Part shown: positions 7,774 through 17,792 of the stretch, one piece after another
How the letters are laid out: every line of letters starts with the position of its first letter
Position numbering within the stretch: the stretch's first letter is position 1
Sequence record: SRR22947727_934
DNA: 36,241 nt
Direction: 5' to 3' (one strand)
The notes under the pieces: generated by a model
Told to the model about the DNA's origin: nothing
What the model saw: the letters and a program-made list of their open reading frames with translations, nothing else
Database searches by the model: none
Program-made: the position numbers and the translations under genes

Positions 7774-8688
7774 TTATTGTAAAAACTTATCTACTACATA
7801 CACTATTTGCAACAAGCTGATATATATTACACTGGCCAACATAAGCGCTTTGGCTTCTTTTTGTCCGCCTTTGTCGTATAGCCTCAGCGCATAAAGCAGC
7901 ATCACTACACCCATAAGTCCAACTGTAATAGCTGCCGGAATTGAAAGTAACAATTGTCCCGTAATGCCTAAAACAGGGATCACAGAAATGACCAACATCC
8001 AAAAAGTGTACATAATGATCTGGAGTGCCGTTTTTTTATCCTTCTTACCCGTTGGCAGCATTTTAAAACCACCCCTTTGATAGTCTTCGTCTAACAACCA
8101 AGCCAATGACCAAAAATGTGGAAATTGCCAGAAAAACTGGATCATAAAAAGGGTCCCCGGTTCAATACCAAAACTATTTGTCTCAGACACCCAGCCCAAC
8201 ATAAATGGAATAGCACCTGGAATGGCTCCAACAAAAACGGCTAGCGGTGTAATTGTTTTTAAAGGCGTGTAAACACTGGTGTATAAGAATATGGATACAG
8301 CGCCAAACATGGCTGTTTTAGGACTCAATACATAGAGAGAAACCAAACCTAATACCGTGAGCAGGGACGCTATAATCAGCGCTGTTTGGGTACTGATTCT
8401 ATGGGTTGGTATTGGCCTATTCGCTGTGCGATTCATCAGTGCATCCAAGTCTTTTTCAATGACCTGATTGAAAGCATTTGAGGCACCTACCATGGCATAA
8501 CCACCAAGAGAAAGCAGTAAAATGTGTGAAAAAGAAACGGTTTCTGCCGCAAGCAAATAACCTGCCACTGCAGAAAACACCACACTAATGGCCAACCGCA
8601 TCTTTGTGATCTCTTTAAAAACCACTAAAACCCCTTGTTTGGGTATGGATTCGTTAGGGGTTTCTAATACAACTTCTCGAGCAGACAT
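7774..8688 (-). CDS. cyoE: Heme O synthase (protoheme IX farnesyltransferase)
   Basis: NQVIEKDLDALMNRTANRPIP, YTPLK, GAIPGAIPFMLGW and WQFPHF. I moved the start from 8754 to the ATG at 8688 because a consensus promoter lies at 8710-8740. Confidence 0.93.
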   Translation of the reverse strand: MSAREVVLETPNESIPKQGVLVVFKEITKMRLAISVVFSAVAGYLLAAETVSFSHILLLSLGGYAMVGASNAFNQVIEKDLDALMNRTANRPIPTHRISTQTALIIASLLTVLGLVSLYVLSPKTAMFGAVSIFLYTSVYTPLKTITPLAVFVGAIPGAIPFMLGWVSETNSFGIEPGTLFMIQFFWQFPHFWSLAWLLDEDYQRGGFKMLPTGKKDKKTALQIIMYTFWMLVISVIPVLGITGQLLLSIPAAITVGLMGVVMLLYALRLYDKGGQKEAKALMLASVIYISLLQIVYVVDKFLQ

Positions 8689-8709
8689 ATCTATAGGGCA
8701 ATAAGGGGG

Positions 8710-8740
8710 CAAAGATACATTGCAAGGGGTGCATTTGCAA
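8710..8740 (-). promoter_or_regulatory. Bacteroidota sigma-A promoter for cyoE
   Basis: Minus strand TTG (8740-8738), N20, TATCTTTG (8717-8710). Confidence 0.72.
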
Positions 8741-8788
8741 TTATTATACCGCATTTATAACACCCAAATTAAAATGGAAGATGGGATC

Positions 8789-8819
8789 AAAAAAAAACCG
8801 CGCCTAAAGGCGCGGTTTT
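8789..8819 (-). terminator. Rho-independent terminator after tonB
   Basis: Minus strand AAAACCGCGCCT-TT-AGGCGCGG followed by T9. Confidence 0.85.
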
Positions 8820-8844
8820 AATATAGGTTCAATCCCTGTGAAGA

Positions 8845-9561
8845 CTACTGTAATTTAAACGTAATTGGAATACTAAAAGGTACCCTTACCGGTCTTCCCC
8901 TTTGTTTACCTGGGATCATTTTAGGAAGCTTCTCGATAATTCTAAGCGCTTCTGCTTCTAAATTTTTGTCTGGACCACGGTATCTGATGTTTCCAATAGA
9001 ACCATCTTTTTGAATGGTGAACATTACATTTACCCTACCTTGAACACCCATTTCTTGTGCAATTTCAGGATAACGGAAGTTTCTTCTGATATGTTTCTGC
9101 ATCATTTCGTTAAAACAAGCCCTAACAGCCGTAGCACCTTTGCTTTTTTCAGATTCACAACCTGGAAAAATAGGCACATCTTCAATTACCGCAAATGGAA
9201 TAGATAAATCATCGTCAAAATCCTCTTCTACCACGTCATCTATTTCGATCACTTCTTCTTGGGAAGTTTCCGTAGATTCAATCACTGTTTCTTCTATTTC
9301 CTCCTCATCTTCTACCACTTCAATAATTTCTGGTGCAGCTGGTGGCGGTGGAGGTGGAGGTGTTTTAAGCTGTTCCGTCATTGGAACCTCCTCATCTAAC
9401 TGATCTTCTACATTTAATGTGAAGTCAAAATTATTGTCTTCATCGTAGGTTTTCCACTCCAAAGCACGCCAAGTGATAAACATTGTTACACAAAGTCCTA
9501 TCACAAAGTACAAGCCAATGTTTTTGGTTAAATCTGCTTTGGGATTCTTTTTTGGTTCCAT
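8845..9561 (-). CDS. tonB: Energy transducer TonB
   Basis: N-terminal TM, Pro-rich (TPPPPPPPAAP) and acidic linker, and a C-terminal TonB domain (YPEIAQEMGVQGRV...PGKQRGRPVRV..IPITFKL). Confidence 0.92.
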   Translation of the reverse strand: MEPKKNPKADLTKNIGLYFVIGLCVTMFITWRALEWKTYDEDNNFDFTLNVEDQLDEEVPMTEQLKTPPPPPPPAAPEIIEVVEDEEEIEETVIESTETSQEEVIEIDDVVEEDFDDDLSIPFAVIEDVPIFPGCESEKSKGATAVRACFNEMMQKHIRRNFRYPEIAQEMGVQGRVNVMFTIQKDGSIGNIRYRGPDKNLEAEALRIIEKLPKMIPGKQRGRPVRVPFSIPITFKLQ

Positions 9562-9581
9562 ATTATTCGGTTTAGTGATCG

Positions 9582-9613
9582 CTAATTTAAAACTTTATTT
9601 ATAAAAATAACAA
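9582..9613 (-). promoter_or_regulatory. Possible variant sigma-A promoter for tonB
   Basis: Minus strand TTG (9613-9611), N21, TAAATTAG (9589-9582), one mismatch to TAnnTTTG. Confidence 0.4.
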
Positions 9614-10003
9614 CTAATTTTTTTCATTTTCTTTATTAAAGCGCTTCATGAGCTTAAATGACAACAGTACGCCAATCAAAACACCCAGTGTATTGGCCAG
9701 TCCATCTTGCCATTCTCCAAACCTACCCGGCACTAAGTTTGCTTGAATTACTTCAATTACCGTGCCGTAAAAAATGTGAAAAAAGGCACTGCCCCATACA
9801 AGTGTGCGTGTGCCACTTCGATTTTCAAAAAACAAGGCCAAAGAAAACAGCCCTTGCAACAGTAGGTAAAACCCAGTGTGGGCTAGCTTGTCAAAGTATG
9901 GAATAGGCGGCAATGATTTGGCTGCTATAGGCGTGAGGCTCAAATAAGTTAAAAGGCCTAAAAAACAAAAATACGCCAGCCATAAAAGGATTCTTTTAGG
10001 CAC
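9614..10003 (-). CDS. VanZ-like family membrane protein
   Basis: [21 protein letters not shown] and DGLANTLG motifs. The GTG start overlaps the gcvH stop by 8 bp. Confidence 0.85.
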   Translation of the reverse strand: MPKRILLWLAYFCFLGLLTYLSLTPIAAKSLPPIPYFDKLAHTGFYLLLQGLFSLALFFENRSGTRTLVWGSAFFHIFYGTVIEVIQANLVPGRFGEWQDGLANTLGVLIGVLLSFKLMKRFNKENEKN

Positions 10004-10376
10004 CTACCAAAGCTTTGTAGTCTGCGTCTGAAAGCAAGCTGTCTATCTCAGAAGCGTCTGAAATTTTTAATTTAATCATCCATCCAGCTTCGTAAGGATC
10101 AGTATTCACGTCCTCAGGCGTATCTTCTAAACCCTCATTAAATTCAATCACCTCACCAGAAAGCGGAAGAAACAAATCAGACACCGTTTTAACGGCTTCT
10201 ACCGTGCCAAAAACAGCATCCTTATCCAGACTTTCATCTAAAGTATCTACCTCAACATATACAATGTCTCCCAATTCTGATTGGGCAAAATCTGTAATTC
10301 CAACGGTCGCTATATCTCCGTCAATTTTGACCCACTCGTGGTCCTTAGTATACTTTAATTCTGCTGGTATATTCAT
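9996..10376 (-). CDS. gcvH: Glycine cleavage system H protein
   Basis: [24 protein letters not shown], lipoyl-Lys motif VEAVKTVSD and NTDPYEAGW. Start moved to the ATG at 10376. Confidence 0.96.
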   Translation of the reverse strand: MNIPAELKYTKDHEWVKIDGDIATVGITDFAQSELGDIVYVEVDTLDESLDKDAVFGTVEAVKTVSDLFLPLSGEVIEFNEGLEDTPEDVNTDPYEAGWMIKLKISDASEIDSLLSDADYKALVGA

Positions 10377-10398
10377 CTTAAAACGATTAGTTATTTCA

Positions 10399-10429
10399 CA
10401 AATGTAACCCAATTTAAAGCGCTATACAA
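10399..10429 (-). promoter_or_regulatory. Bacteroidota sigma-A promoter for gcvH
   Basis: Minus strand TTG (10429-10427), N20, TACATTTG (10406-10399). Confidence 0.72.
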
Positions 10430-10449
10430 GACCCAAAAAGAAGTTTTTA

Positions 10450-13400
10450 TCAATTTCCAAAATTGTACCTCAAACTAATACCTGTATTGATCAGGCTCTG
10501 AGGAAAGGCGGTAGAAACCGCGTATTTTGAGAAGGTGAAATCGTAAAAGAAAAGGGCGTTTAAATTCTGACTCAAGGCATATTCTGCTCTTAGTTTGGCC
10601 GACAAGAAATACTGGCCCGCACTCACCTGTGTATTGTCTAATTCTAGGTTGCGAATCAGGGTGTAATTGTCTCTGAGACTCAAATCTGCCTTAATATTTA
10701 AGTCACTCTTTAAGCGTTGTTTTGCCCCGCCAATATTTGTGACAAACTGTACGTCTTTAATTCTGTATCCCAAACCTAAAGTGAATTCTTTGCCTTGAAT
10801 TTCTGTGAGTAAATTATTATCAAAACTCATTGAAAGTGCGCGATCCATTTTCATTTCAAAAAGCATACTCAAATTATTTTTACTCTCAAAATCAATACGC
10901 ACTAACGGATTAAACTCATCATTCAAAACCAGATTATTAAAAATATAATCGGGCCTTACATCTAGGGTTTCTGGATTAAATGTACTGTTTTCTTTTTCTA
11001 AATTGGTCGCGTAAGAATTCACACTATAGGCCGCCCTATAACCATGACTTATAGTGAATCTGGTGAAATGATCTTTAAACCAATCCAAACGCATGAGCCC
11101 GGTATACTTCATATTCCAATTGGGGATAGGGGTTTTATCAAAAGCAGAAAGACCTACTTTATCTGGAGACACCCCTGTGTAAGCGGCAATAAAAGAAGCC
11201 AATAATACCTGCTGACTTGTTTTACCATAAGATTGTGGAAACCCATTGGCGTCTAGATCTGCTGGCAATTCAGGACGCGCAGCAGACAGCCTATTGGCAA
11301 TAGTCAATCTATTTGATTTAAAAGATTCAAAGTTCTCAGACAATTCTTGTGGTCCAGAAGAGAAGAAAGTCTTGATCATCAGGGTAGACATACTAAAATT
11401 TCCTTGGGTGTTCCCCAGTAATGACTCGTAATTAAACGTAATCGCATCTGATTGGTCAATCCTAAAAGTCTCTCTTAAATTGCTCGTGTACTGTTTGTCT
11501 GCAAAGAGATCAATGGTCAGATCTGGAATAGGCTGGGCGGTGGTATTCAATTTAATTTGACTGTTGTGGGTACTCAAAAATGGCTCGTTGAAATTTTCAA
11601 AAGTAGTGAGCCACCCCCTCCTTGCAGCATTAAACCGCACCTCTGATTGGCTACCAAAAATAAAACCCACACTAGGTCTGTTGGTTCCCAGAAAACCTAT
11701 TCGCTGGGTAAAACCAGGTAAAAACTTTCCGTTGTTTTCTGCATAATTAAAGGTCACTCTCTTGACCATAGTGGCCAGATTGAGGAAAAAATTAGTGGCA
11801 TCGGCCGGAGGCCTAGAAGTTGTATTGGTGTCAAAAGGATTCTGAGAACGGCTTGTATTATTGGTCTTTTTTTGCCCGTTTAATCCTAAAAATTGATACA
11901 AGCGTTGCATGCCTAAACCTGCGGTTATATTGTGTGTGTTGCCATTTTGAACCGTATTCATTTCCTCACCGGCCACTTGCCTCAAAGCCTCGCCCCCTCG
12001 CTGCCACTCAAAATTGGCCGTATAAGAATACTGGGCGTTAATAAAGTTTAAAAAGGGGAACTTAGCGAATGGCAACTCGTAATTTAGCTGCAATTCCTGG
12101 ACAAATCTATTGGACTCACCGTAGTCAAAAAAGCCGTCCCATATGGCGTGATCTTCATTAATACCACTTTGCTCATTGTCCAATTCATTAAAGTAATTTC
12201 GCACAATATTATTTGAGGCCGCTGTTAAATTAAGCCGCAGTGATTTGGTCACATTTTGATTAATGGCGTACTGCCAATTAAATAGATAATTGCGCTGTTG
12301 CAAGAAAGGCAAAGCCAAAAGATCCTCTCCGCCACTGCGAACCTCTCTGAATTGTTGCTGGCTAAAAGAGCGGTCAATCGTTGCGTTCACCGAAAAACTA
12401 TTGGGCAAAAGATTCAGGTTTACGTCCTTTAGCCACTTCCAATACCTACTTGTGAGTATGGAATCTTTTTTGGCGAGCGGCGCCAATACCAAAGGCTTAA
12501 AATTATGGCCGTAAACAAAGCCTGTTTTAAGCTGCTGGTCTTCTAGTTTTTGTATTTCAAAATCCCTGTGCTCGGTGTGGTTGTAGGCATAATTCAAGGT
12601 AAAATTATCCAAACTATAAAAGCGTTTGGGGGTATTTTCCTGAGCGATACTATTTTTCCTCACCCCTAACATACTCAGGCTCGTTCGCTTGGTATAGGTC
12701 TCTGCTTGCTGTGCGATTACTTTGGCTATTTGGCCGTTGGCCGATGCCGCAATGCGGTCCTCCAACTTTAAATCCTCATAAACAGGATCGAACTCCGGAC
12801 TGCTTTTGGTTTCAGAAATACCATAATTTAGCGGCAATTGCACCCCCCAATCCTCAGGCAATAATTTACCTACATTGATTTGAGTGACCAAGTCATAAGA
12901 CAAGGCGTCTTCTCTAGCGCGCTCGTTGGGCATTTGATCTAAGGCGCCAAAACCACTACTGCTCGTGGCGCCATTGGCTGAAATAGAAACAAGGTCTGCT
13001 ATATTAGCATCTAAAGCCGCAATAGCCGCCCAGCCACCCTGATTGTCTAAACCAGCGAGACGCAATTCATTGAACCAAACCTCTGCGCGTTGGGCTTTAT
13101 TAGAGACGTTTTTAACCCCTACCATAATACCCCTGAGGTTTCCAAGCGAAGGATTTCCTTTGATGCCTATCCTGAGGACACCCGCTGTTCTTGGTGCCAA
13201 AGCATCTACAGCAACTAAACTACCGCCTATATAATCATAGTAAGTGAGCTGGTTTAAACTTTGATTGGCAATACCCAAAGATTTAATTTGTGCCAATACG
13301 TCTACCGGAATATCCAACTCATTGGCAGAAGGCCAGACCTCTTCAGGACTACTGGATCCATGTGGGGTGAAACTCAATGGCAATTCTACCTGATAGAAAT

Positions 13401-16400
13401 TTTCTGAAAAATCCGTTCCCATTCTCAAAAAACCCACCATTGGCTGTTCGGCAATTGAGAAATCTGTCTCAACAATCTGCTCCGCATGCATGAACATCTT
13501 CAATCTTTTATATTGACGCAGGTCAAATTGGGTGTTTTTAAACACCCCTCTTGCGTCTTGTGGCGCCAACTGTTTCACCACCAATGACAAGGACTGTTCG
13601 TTTTGCCTGATTATAGTGTTGTTGTTATTGAGCTGCTCCCTCAGTACTCCAGGCGGTAAGGCATATGCAATGGGTACTCTAGTACTATTTTCCTCCACAT
13701 TAACCGTATTCACCTCTAATTGGGTGCCAATCTCTAGAGGGGTGTTTAAAGGATCTGTTTGTAGCGCCCCTTGATACACCCGCCAATCTCCTCTGACCAA
13801 ATCCAAACTGGCAAAGCGCAACAATACTGGGGCTGAGAAATTGGTCAAATACATACGAATAAAACTCATGGACCTAAAATCTGCAATCCCTCCTACAGCG
13901 TTGGTAAAGTTGCTGAGTGGCACCTTGTACTGGATCCACCTTGTAGGCAATTGTTGGCCATTGGGAAGTTTAGGACTCAGGCCTTCCTTAATATCTGTGA
14001 CAAAAGGATCATTTATATCCGTACCAGGTTTAATGGTAATTCTATACTCGTAATAACTGTTCACGGTATTCATGGTCAAATCCCGATCAATATCTTCCAC
14101 ATCCGGAAGGGTAGTAGACCCTCTTTTGGTATTGGTTACAGCTACGGGTGCGTTGCCCTGTGGATTGTTAAAATCTAGGTATCGCTCTGTTATACTTCCC
14201 TGCCTGTCTAAATAATACCTAAAATTATCTCCAGCTGGATCTTCCCCAGAATTATTTGTATACACGGCCCTTTCCTCTTGATCGCTAAGTCCGTCCAGAC
14301 CAATATCTTGTTGGGTGCGGTGCTCAGCATTGGCGTCAAAAGCATAGACCAAGGATTGGGTCGCTGGAACTTTTCCCCAAGAAGAAGGGGCCACAAGGGC
14401 TTCTTGCCCTTCCAAAGGCAATCCGTTTTCATACTGCTTACGGCCGTCTTTTAAAATGTCTTCTGAAATATTTCCGATATTCAATACCAGTTCGCCTCCA
14501 TCACTCCCCACACCGTCTAGATACGGATCCATGACCCAGAACTGAACGAATTCAATATTGGCTTGTTCAAAATTTGTGGTGGTTAGTGGCCTAATAATGC
14601 CACCCCATTTCTGACTTTCCGAAAGGGCATTAAAATTGCCATTATTGTTATAAGGTCCTTTATTCTGCGGATAATAAGCCAAATCAAGGGTTGGATTTAC
14701 TGTGGTTTGCCCCTGGGCAATGTCTGTTTGAGGAAATACCTCATCAATGAAAATACGCCTACTTGCTTGGGTAGAAATATCGTTATTATTCACTCCGGAA
14801 GGCCGTTGAAAGGTGTAAAAAATAGGATCAATGGTGTACCATGCCAATTTACCCCTGCCGTAACCATTCCTGAGGTTTTGAGGATCTTCAGGTGTAGCTC
14901 CGTATAAATTAGCACCGTCTGGTGCAAACTCTAAAGGCGTACTAGCCAGTGACCAACCCAAAGCGCTTCTAATATCTATTAATGATTGTGCTCCCTCAAA
15001 ATCATCTAAATAAGTGGTTGTCTCTCCCCTGAAATCTGCATTTCTTGGTGCTCCAGGCGCTAAAAAGGCTACTTCTCCCCTAAGCGAAAGCATAGAAGGC
15101 ACATCTGTTTTTACATTGGGTAGGTAATTGGCCCAACGGGTCAGAAATGGAAGTGAGGTGGTTAAATTGGTGTTGAAACCAAAAATAGTGTTGTTTACTG
15201 CTTCTGTACCGTAATTGGATTTCTGTGTGAGTGGGCGCTCATTGAGATTTAATAATGTTCCCCCTAAGGTGAAATTGTCTGAAAACTGGTGCATGACATT
15301 CACTCCAGTAAAACGCCTATTCTGTTGGCCAAACACCGCGTTGTCTTCTACTGAAATTTCAATGGGTACATTAGAAGCCTGTAAACTTGGATCCAATAGT
15401 TGTACAGAACCTGCAGTGTAATTCACCGTATAATCTATGCCTTCTTGAAGCAGTCTGCCCCCTGCAGTAACTCGAACTGAGCCTCTAGGTACGTTCAAAG
15501 CGCCAATGGGAATACCATTAAAACCAGCTGATTTAAATTGTCCTTTTAAAATAAATTTGTTCTTCTCTGGCTGCTGTAATGCAGCAGCCTTTGTACCCTT
15601 ATACAAAGATCTAAATACGTATTTTTTTTGATGTGCTGTGAAATTTTCTTCTCCCAGAGCGTCGTAATCTCCACCACCTAAAACCTTAAACAAGTGATTC
15701 CCAAAAGGCTCTACTGTGGTAAAAATAATATTCCCGTTTTCTGTATTGACTGTCTTTCCTGGCAAGAAATCAAAGAAACCATCACCACCCTCCTGCACAT
15801 CTTGGTAGGCGTTTAACCGGTCTAAATTAAAGACCTCTAATAAAATTCTCTCGTTTAATGGCTTGGGAGTCTGTGGCCAATTTGGGGCATTGTCTACTGG
15901 GGTAATATAGTTTCTTGGGCTTGGGTCTGCATAGATAATATTGAACCTAAAATCCTCTTGACTCAAAGAATATGCGCCTACCGGATAAATGTTTTTCATC
16001 ATTAGGTCCCAAATAGGATCCTTTACTTGTGTAATATTACTTTTCAGCAATTTTACCACAAGGGTATTGTTTATAATGGGTTCATTGATGGTTGCATTAC
16101 TACTTGCAGAAACCCCTCCATTAGCAAATTCTCCCACTTGATAGACTTTTCCTAAATAGGTATATTGAAAAGCCACCCCCAAAACCTCATCCGAAGACAG
16201 TTGCTGGTTCAGTGAAATATATCCCAAACTGGGATGAAAAGTAAAATCCCTTTGTTCGTCTAATTTTCTAGCATTTTCTAAAATAGCATAATCAAAACCC
16301 TGATTGGCCTTATAAGCTGGAATATCGAAACCTGCCTCTACAGTGGCTATTTCCCGAATATTATTGTTCAAAAACCCACCTCTACCCATACTTTCAGGGT

Positions 16401-17787
16401 TTAAGGCATTTTTCTCATTAGAGGGCAACAAGCTCGCTTCCGTAGTATAAATAAAGCCTGAAGCAGGCACACCCAAACGCCCCATTCTTGTTTTTTCTAT
16501 AGCAGCTTCTCCTAAATCTTGAAGGGCCACTACATTTCTAATATTTTGTGTTTGTTGGGAGCGGTTGGTTACCCAAACTTCTATTCTGGTTATTTGCACC
16601 TGGCTGTTGACAAATGGGTAATCTGCTAATGCTTGGTCGTATTGGTCTCTAAAAAAATGGGACAAGAAAAAATGCTTATCCTCTTCATAATCTAGTGCTG
16701 TTATGGAGAAATCTGTAAGGGTTCCGCCACCTCTAGCCATCACAGAACTATTTTGAGAGCGTTGTTCAGAGAGTACTGCAGTAATTTGGGTGCGACCAAA
16801 TTGTAACTGTGTCTTTACCCCAAAAAGACTTTGTGCTCCAGTAATTAAACTACTGTTGAGGGGCATATTCACATTACCCACTTCAATATTCCTTAAAATA
16901 TTGTCTGCGTTTGGATTAAAAAATTGGTCTTTGGCCGCATTGAGTGTATTAACCGCAGAGGGATCTTCGAGCAGTCCTTGGTTTTGGGCAGATTGAGCCA
17001 AGCCTCCTAGCCTTGTTTGTCCCAAGGTGTTTTTTGCATTGTCTAACAATTCATCTGGTGCAACACCCACCACGTCCTTCACTGTAGGAGGCACGTAGGC
17101 AATTTTAATCAGGTTTTGAAAATCAAAGGTAGCCTGAGTATCATAACTTGCATTCACTGAAAGCCGCTCTCCAATTTTTCCCATTAGATTTAAACTAATC
17201 TGCTGCTCAAAATCAAAAGACAAATTGCTTCTGTTTCTTGGAGACAGTGCGGGATTGTCATTTTTCTGCCATAAAATGCCCATATCTACTCCAACAGATC
17301 CTTGGGCGTCAAAGCTAATCTCGTCTCCCCCAAAAATAGTTTTTAGCAGGTCATTTTGCAGGCTAAATGTGGGCAAAAGGTTTCTAACAGATAAATCTGC
17401 CGCATTTTGATCTCCGCTCATAGCGGCTATTTTCTCCTTAAAATAGGCCTGAATATTTTCTTTTTCTACCATGGCCCAATAATCCTTTGGAGAAATTACT
17501 AATGGAAGGTCAAATTGATAGCCAGACAGGCCACCTACAAGTTCATAGACTTGAAGGAGCTCGTTGTATTGGTATTTGCTAATCAATGAAGCAGGCAAAG
17601 GCAACTGTAAGTTTCCTTTAGATTTAAATAGGGTACTGTCTTGAACAGCAATGGTGTCTATGGGAGTAAACGGCAGTGATTTTTTTTGGGCAAATAAGCC
17701 GTTTGTTTGAAAAAAAAACAAACAAAAGAGCCCAAAAAAAATGGGCTTTATTTGTTTCAAATTCTTTTTTAATAAATAGGTCTTCAA
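10450..17787 (-). CDS. sprA: Type IX secretion system outer-membrane translocon SprA (Sov)
   Basis: 2445 aa with a TTG start and a signal peptide ending LFA|Q. Characteristic segments include YDTQATFDFQN, GAQSLFGVKTQLQFG, QITRIEVWVTN, WDLMMKNIY, ISEDILKDGRKQYENGLP and VWFNELR, with a beta-barrel-type C-terminus ISLRYNFGN. Confidence 0.95.
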   Translation of the reverse strand: MKTYLLKKNLKQIKPIFFGLFCLFFFQTNGLFAQKKSLPFTPIDTIAVQDSTLFKSKGNLQLPLPASLISKYQYNELLQVYELVGGLSGYQFDLPLVISPKDYWAMVEKENIQAYFKEKIAAMSGDQNAADLSVRNLLPTFSLQNDLLKTIFGGDEISFDAQGSVGVDMGILWQKNDNPALSPRNRSNLSFDFEQQISLNLMGKIGERLSVNASYDTQATFDFQNLIKIAYVPPTVKDVVGVAPDELLDNAKNTLGQTRLGGLAQSAQNQGLLEDPSAVNTLNAAKDQFFNPNADNILRNIEVGNVNMPLNSSLITGAQSLFGVKTQLQFGRTQITAVLSEQRSQNSSVMARGGGTLTDFSITALDYEEDKHFFLSHFFRDQYDQALADYPFVNSQVQITRIEVWVTNRSQQTQNIRNVVALQDLGEAAIEKTRMGRLGVPASGFIYTTEASLLPSNEKNALNPESMGRGGFLNNNIREIATVEAGFDIPAYKANQGFDYAILENARKLDEQRDFTFHPSLGYISLNQQLSSDEVLGVAFQYTYLGKVYQVGEFANGGVSASSNATINEPIINNTLVVKLLKSNITQVKDPIWDLMMKNIYPVGAYSLSQEDFRFNIIYADPSPRNYITPVDNAPNWPQTPKPLNERILLEVFNLDRLNAYQDVQEGGDGFFDFLPGKTVNTENGNIIFTTVEPFGNHLFKVLGGGDYDALGEENFTAHQKKYVFRSLYKGTKAAALQQPEKNKFILKGQFKSAGFNGIPIGALNVPRGSVRVTAGGRLLQEGIDYTVNYTAGSVQLLDPSLQASNVPIEISVEDNAVFGQQNRRFTGVNVMHQFSDNFTLGGTLLNLNERPLTQKSNYGTEAVNNTIFGFNTNLTTSLPFLTRWANYLPNVKTDVPSMLSLRGEVAFLAPGAPRNADFRGETTTYLDDFEGAQSLIDIRSALGWSLASTPLEFAPDGANLYGATPEDPQNLRNGYGRGKLAWYTIDPIFYTFQRPSGVNNNDISTQASRRIFIDEVFPQTDIAQGQTTVNPTLDLAYYPQNKGPYNNNGNFNALSESQKWGGIIRPLTTTNFEQANIEFVQFWVMDPYLDGVGSDGGELVLNIGNISEDILKDGRKQYENGLPLEGQEALVAPSSWGKVPATQSLVYAFDANAEHRTQQDIGLDGLSDQEERAVYTNNSGEDPAGDNFRYYLDRQGSITERYLDFNNPQGNAPVAVTNTKRGSTTLPDVEDIDRDLTMNTVNSYYEYRITIKPGTDINDPFVTDIKEGLSPKLPNGQQLPTRWIQYKVPLSNFTNAVGGIADFRSMSFIRMYLTNFSAPVLLRFASLDLVRGDWRVYQGALQTDPLNTPLEIGTQLEVNTVNVEENSTRVPIAYALPPGVLREQLNNNNTIIRQNEQSLSLVVKQLAPQDARGVFKNTQFDLRQYKRLKMFMHAEQIVETDFSIAEQPMVGFLRMGTDFSENFYQVELPLSFTPHGSSSPEEVWPSANELDIPVDVLAQIKSLGIANQSLNQLTYYDYIGGSLVAVDALAPRTAGVLRIGIKGNPSLGNLRGIMVGVKNVSNKAQRAEVWFNELRLAGLDNQGGWAAIAALDANIADLVSISANGATSSSGFGALDQMPNERAREDALSYDLVTQINVGKLLPEDWGVQLPLNYGISETKSSPEFDPVYEDLKLEDRIAASANGQIAKVIAQQAETYTKRTSLSMLGVRKNSIAQENTPKRFYSLDNFTLNYAYNHTEHRDFEIQKLEDQQLKTGFVYGHNFKPLVLAPLAKKDSILTSRYWKWLKDVNLNLLPNSFSVNATIDRSFSQQQFREVRSGGEDLLALPFLQQRNYLFNWQYAINQNVTKSLRLNLTAASNNIVRNYFNELDNEQSGINEDHAIWDGFFDYGESNRFVQELQLNYELPFAKFPFLNFINAQYSYTANFEWQRGGEALRQVAGEEMNTVQNGNTHNITAGLGMQRLYQFLGLNGQKKTNNTSRSQNPFDTNTTSRPPADATNFFLNLATMVKRVTFNYAENNGKFLPGFTQRIGFLGTNRPSVGFIFGSQSEVRFNAARRGWLTTFENFNEPFLSTHNSQIKLNTTAQPIPDLTIDLFADKQYTSNLRETFRIDQSDAITFNYESLLGNTQGNFSMSTLMIKTFFSSGPQELSENFESFKSNRLTIANRLSAARPELPADLDANGFPQSYGKTSQQVLLASFIAAYTGVSPDKVGLSAFDKTPIPNWNMKYTGLMRLDWFKDHFTRFTISHGYRAAYSVNSYATNLEKENSTFNPETLDVRPDYIFNNLVLNDEFNPLVRIDFESKNNLSMLFEMKMDRALSMSFDNNLLTEIQGKEFTLGLGYRIKDVQFVTNIGGAKQRLKSDLNIKADLSLRDNYTLIRNLELDNTQVSAGQYFLSAKLRAEYALSQNLNALFFYDFTFSKYAVSTAFPQSLINTGISLRYNFGN

Positions 17788-17792
17788 AAGTG

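Noticed and set aside
8689..8754. Cys-rich N-terminal extension of CyoE (MRYNNCKCTPCNV...) resembling a metal-binding tag
   Set aside because: It overlaps a consensus promoter at 8710-8740. The real start is most likely ATG 8688, so the peptide is probably not made.
9340..9362. Triplet repeat (GGT/GGA/GGC) tract
   Set aside because: It simply encodes the TonB polyproline linker.
9614..10003. VanZ as evidence of glycopeptide resistance
   Set aside because: VanZ-like proteins are a broad family of unknown function, and no other van genes are present.
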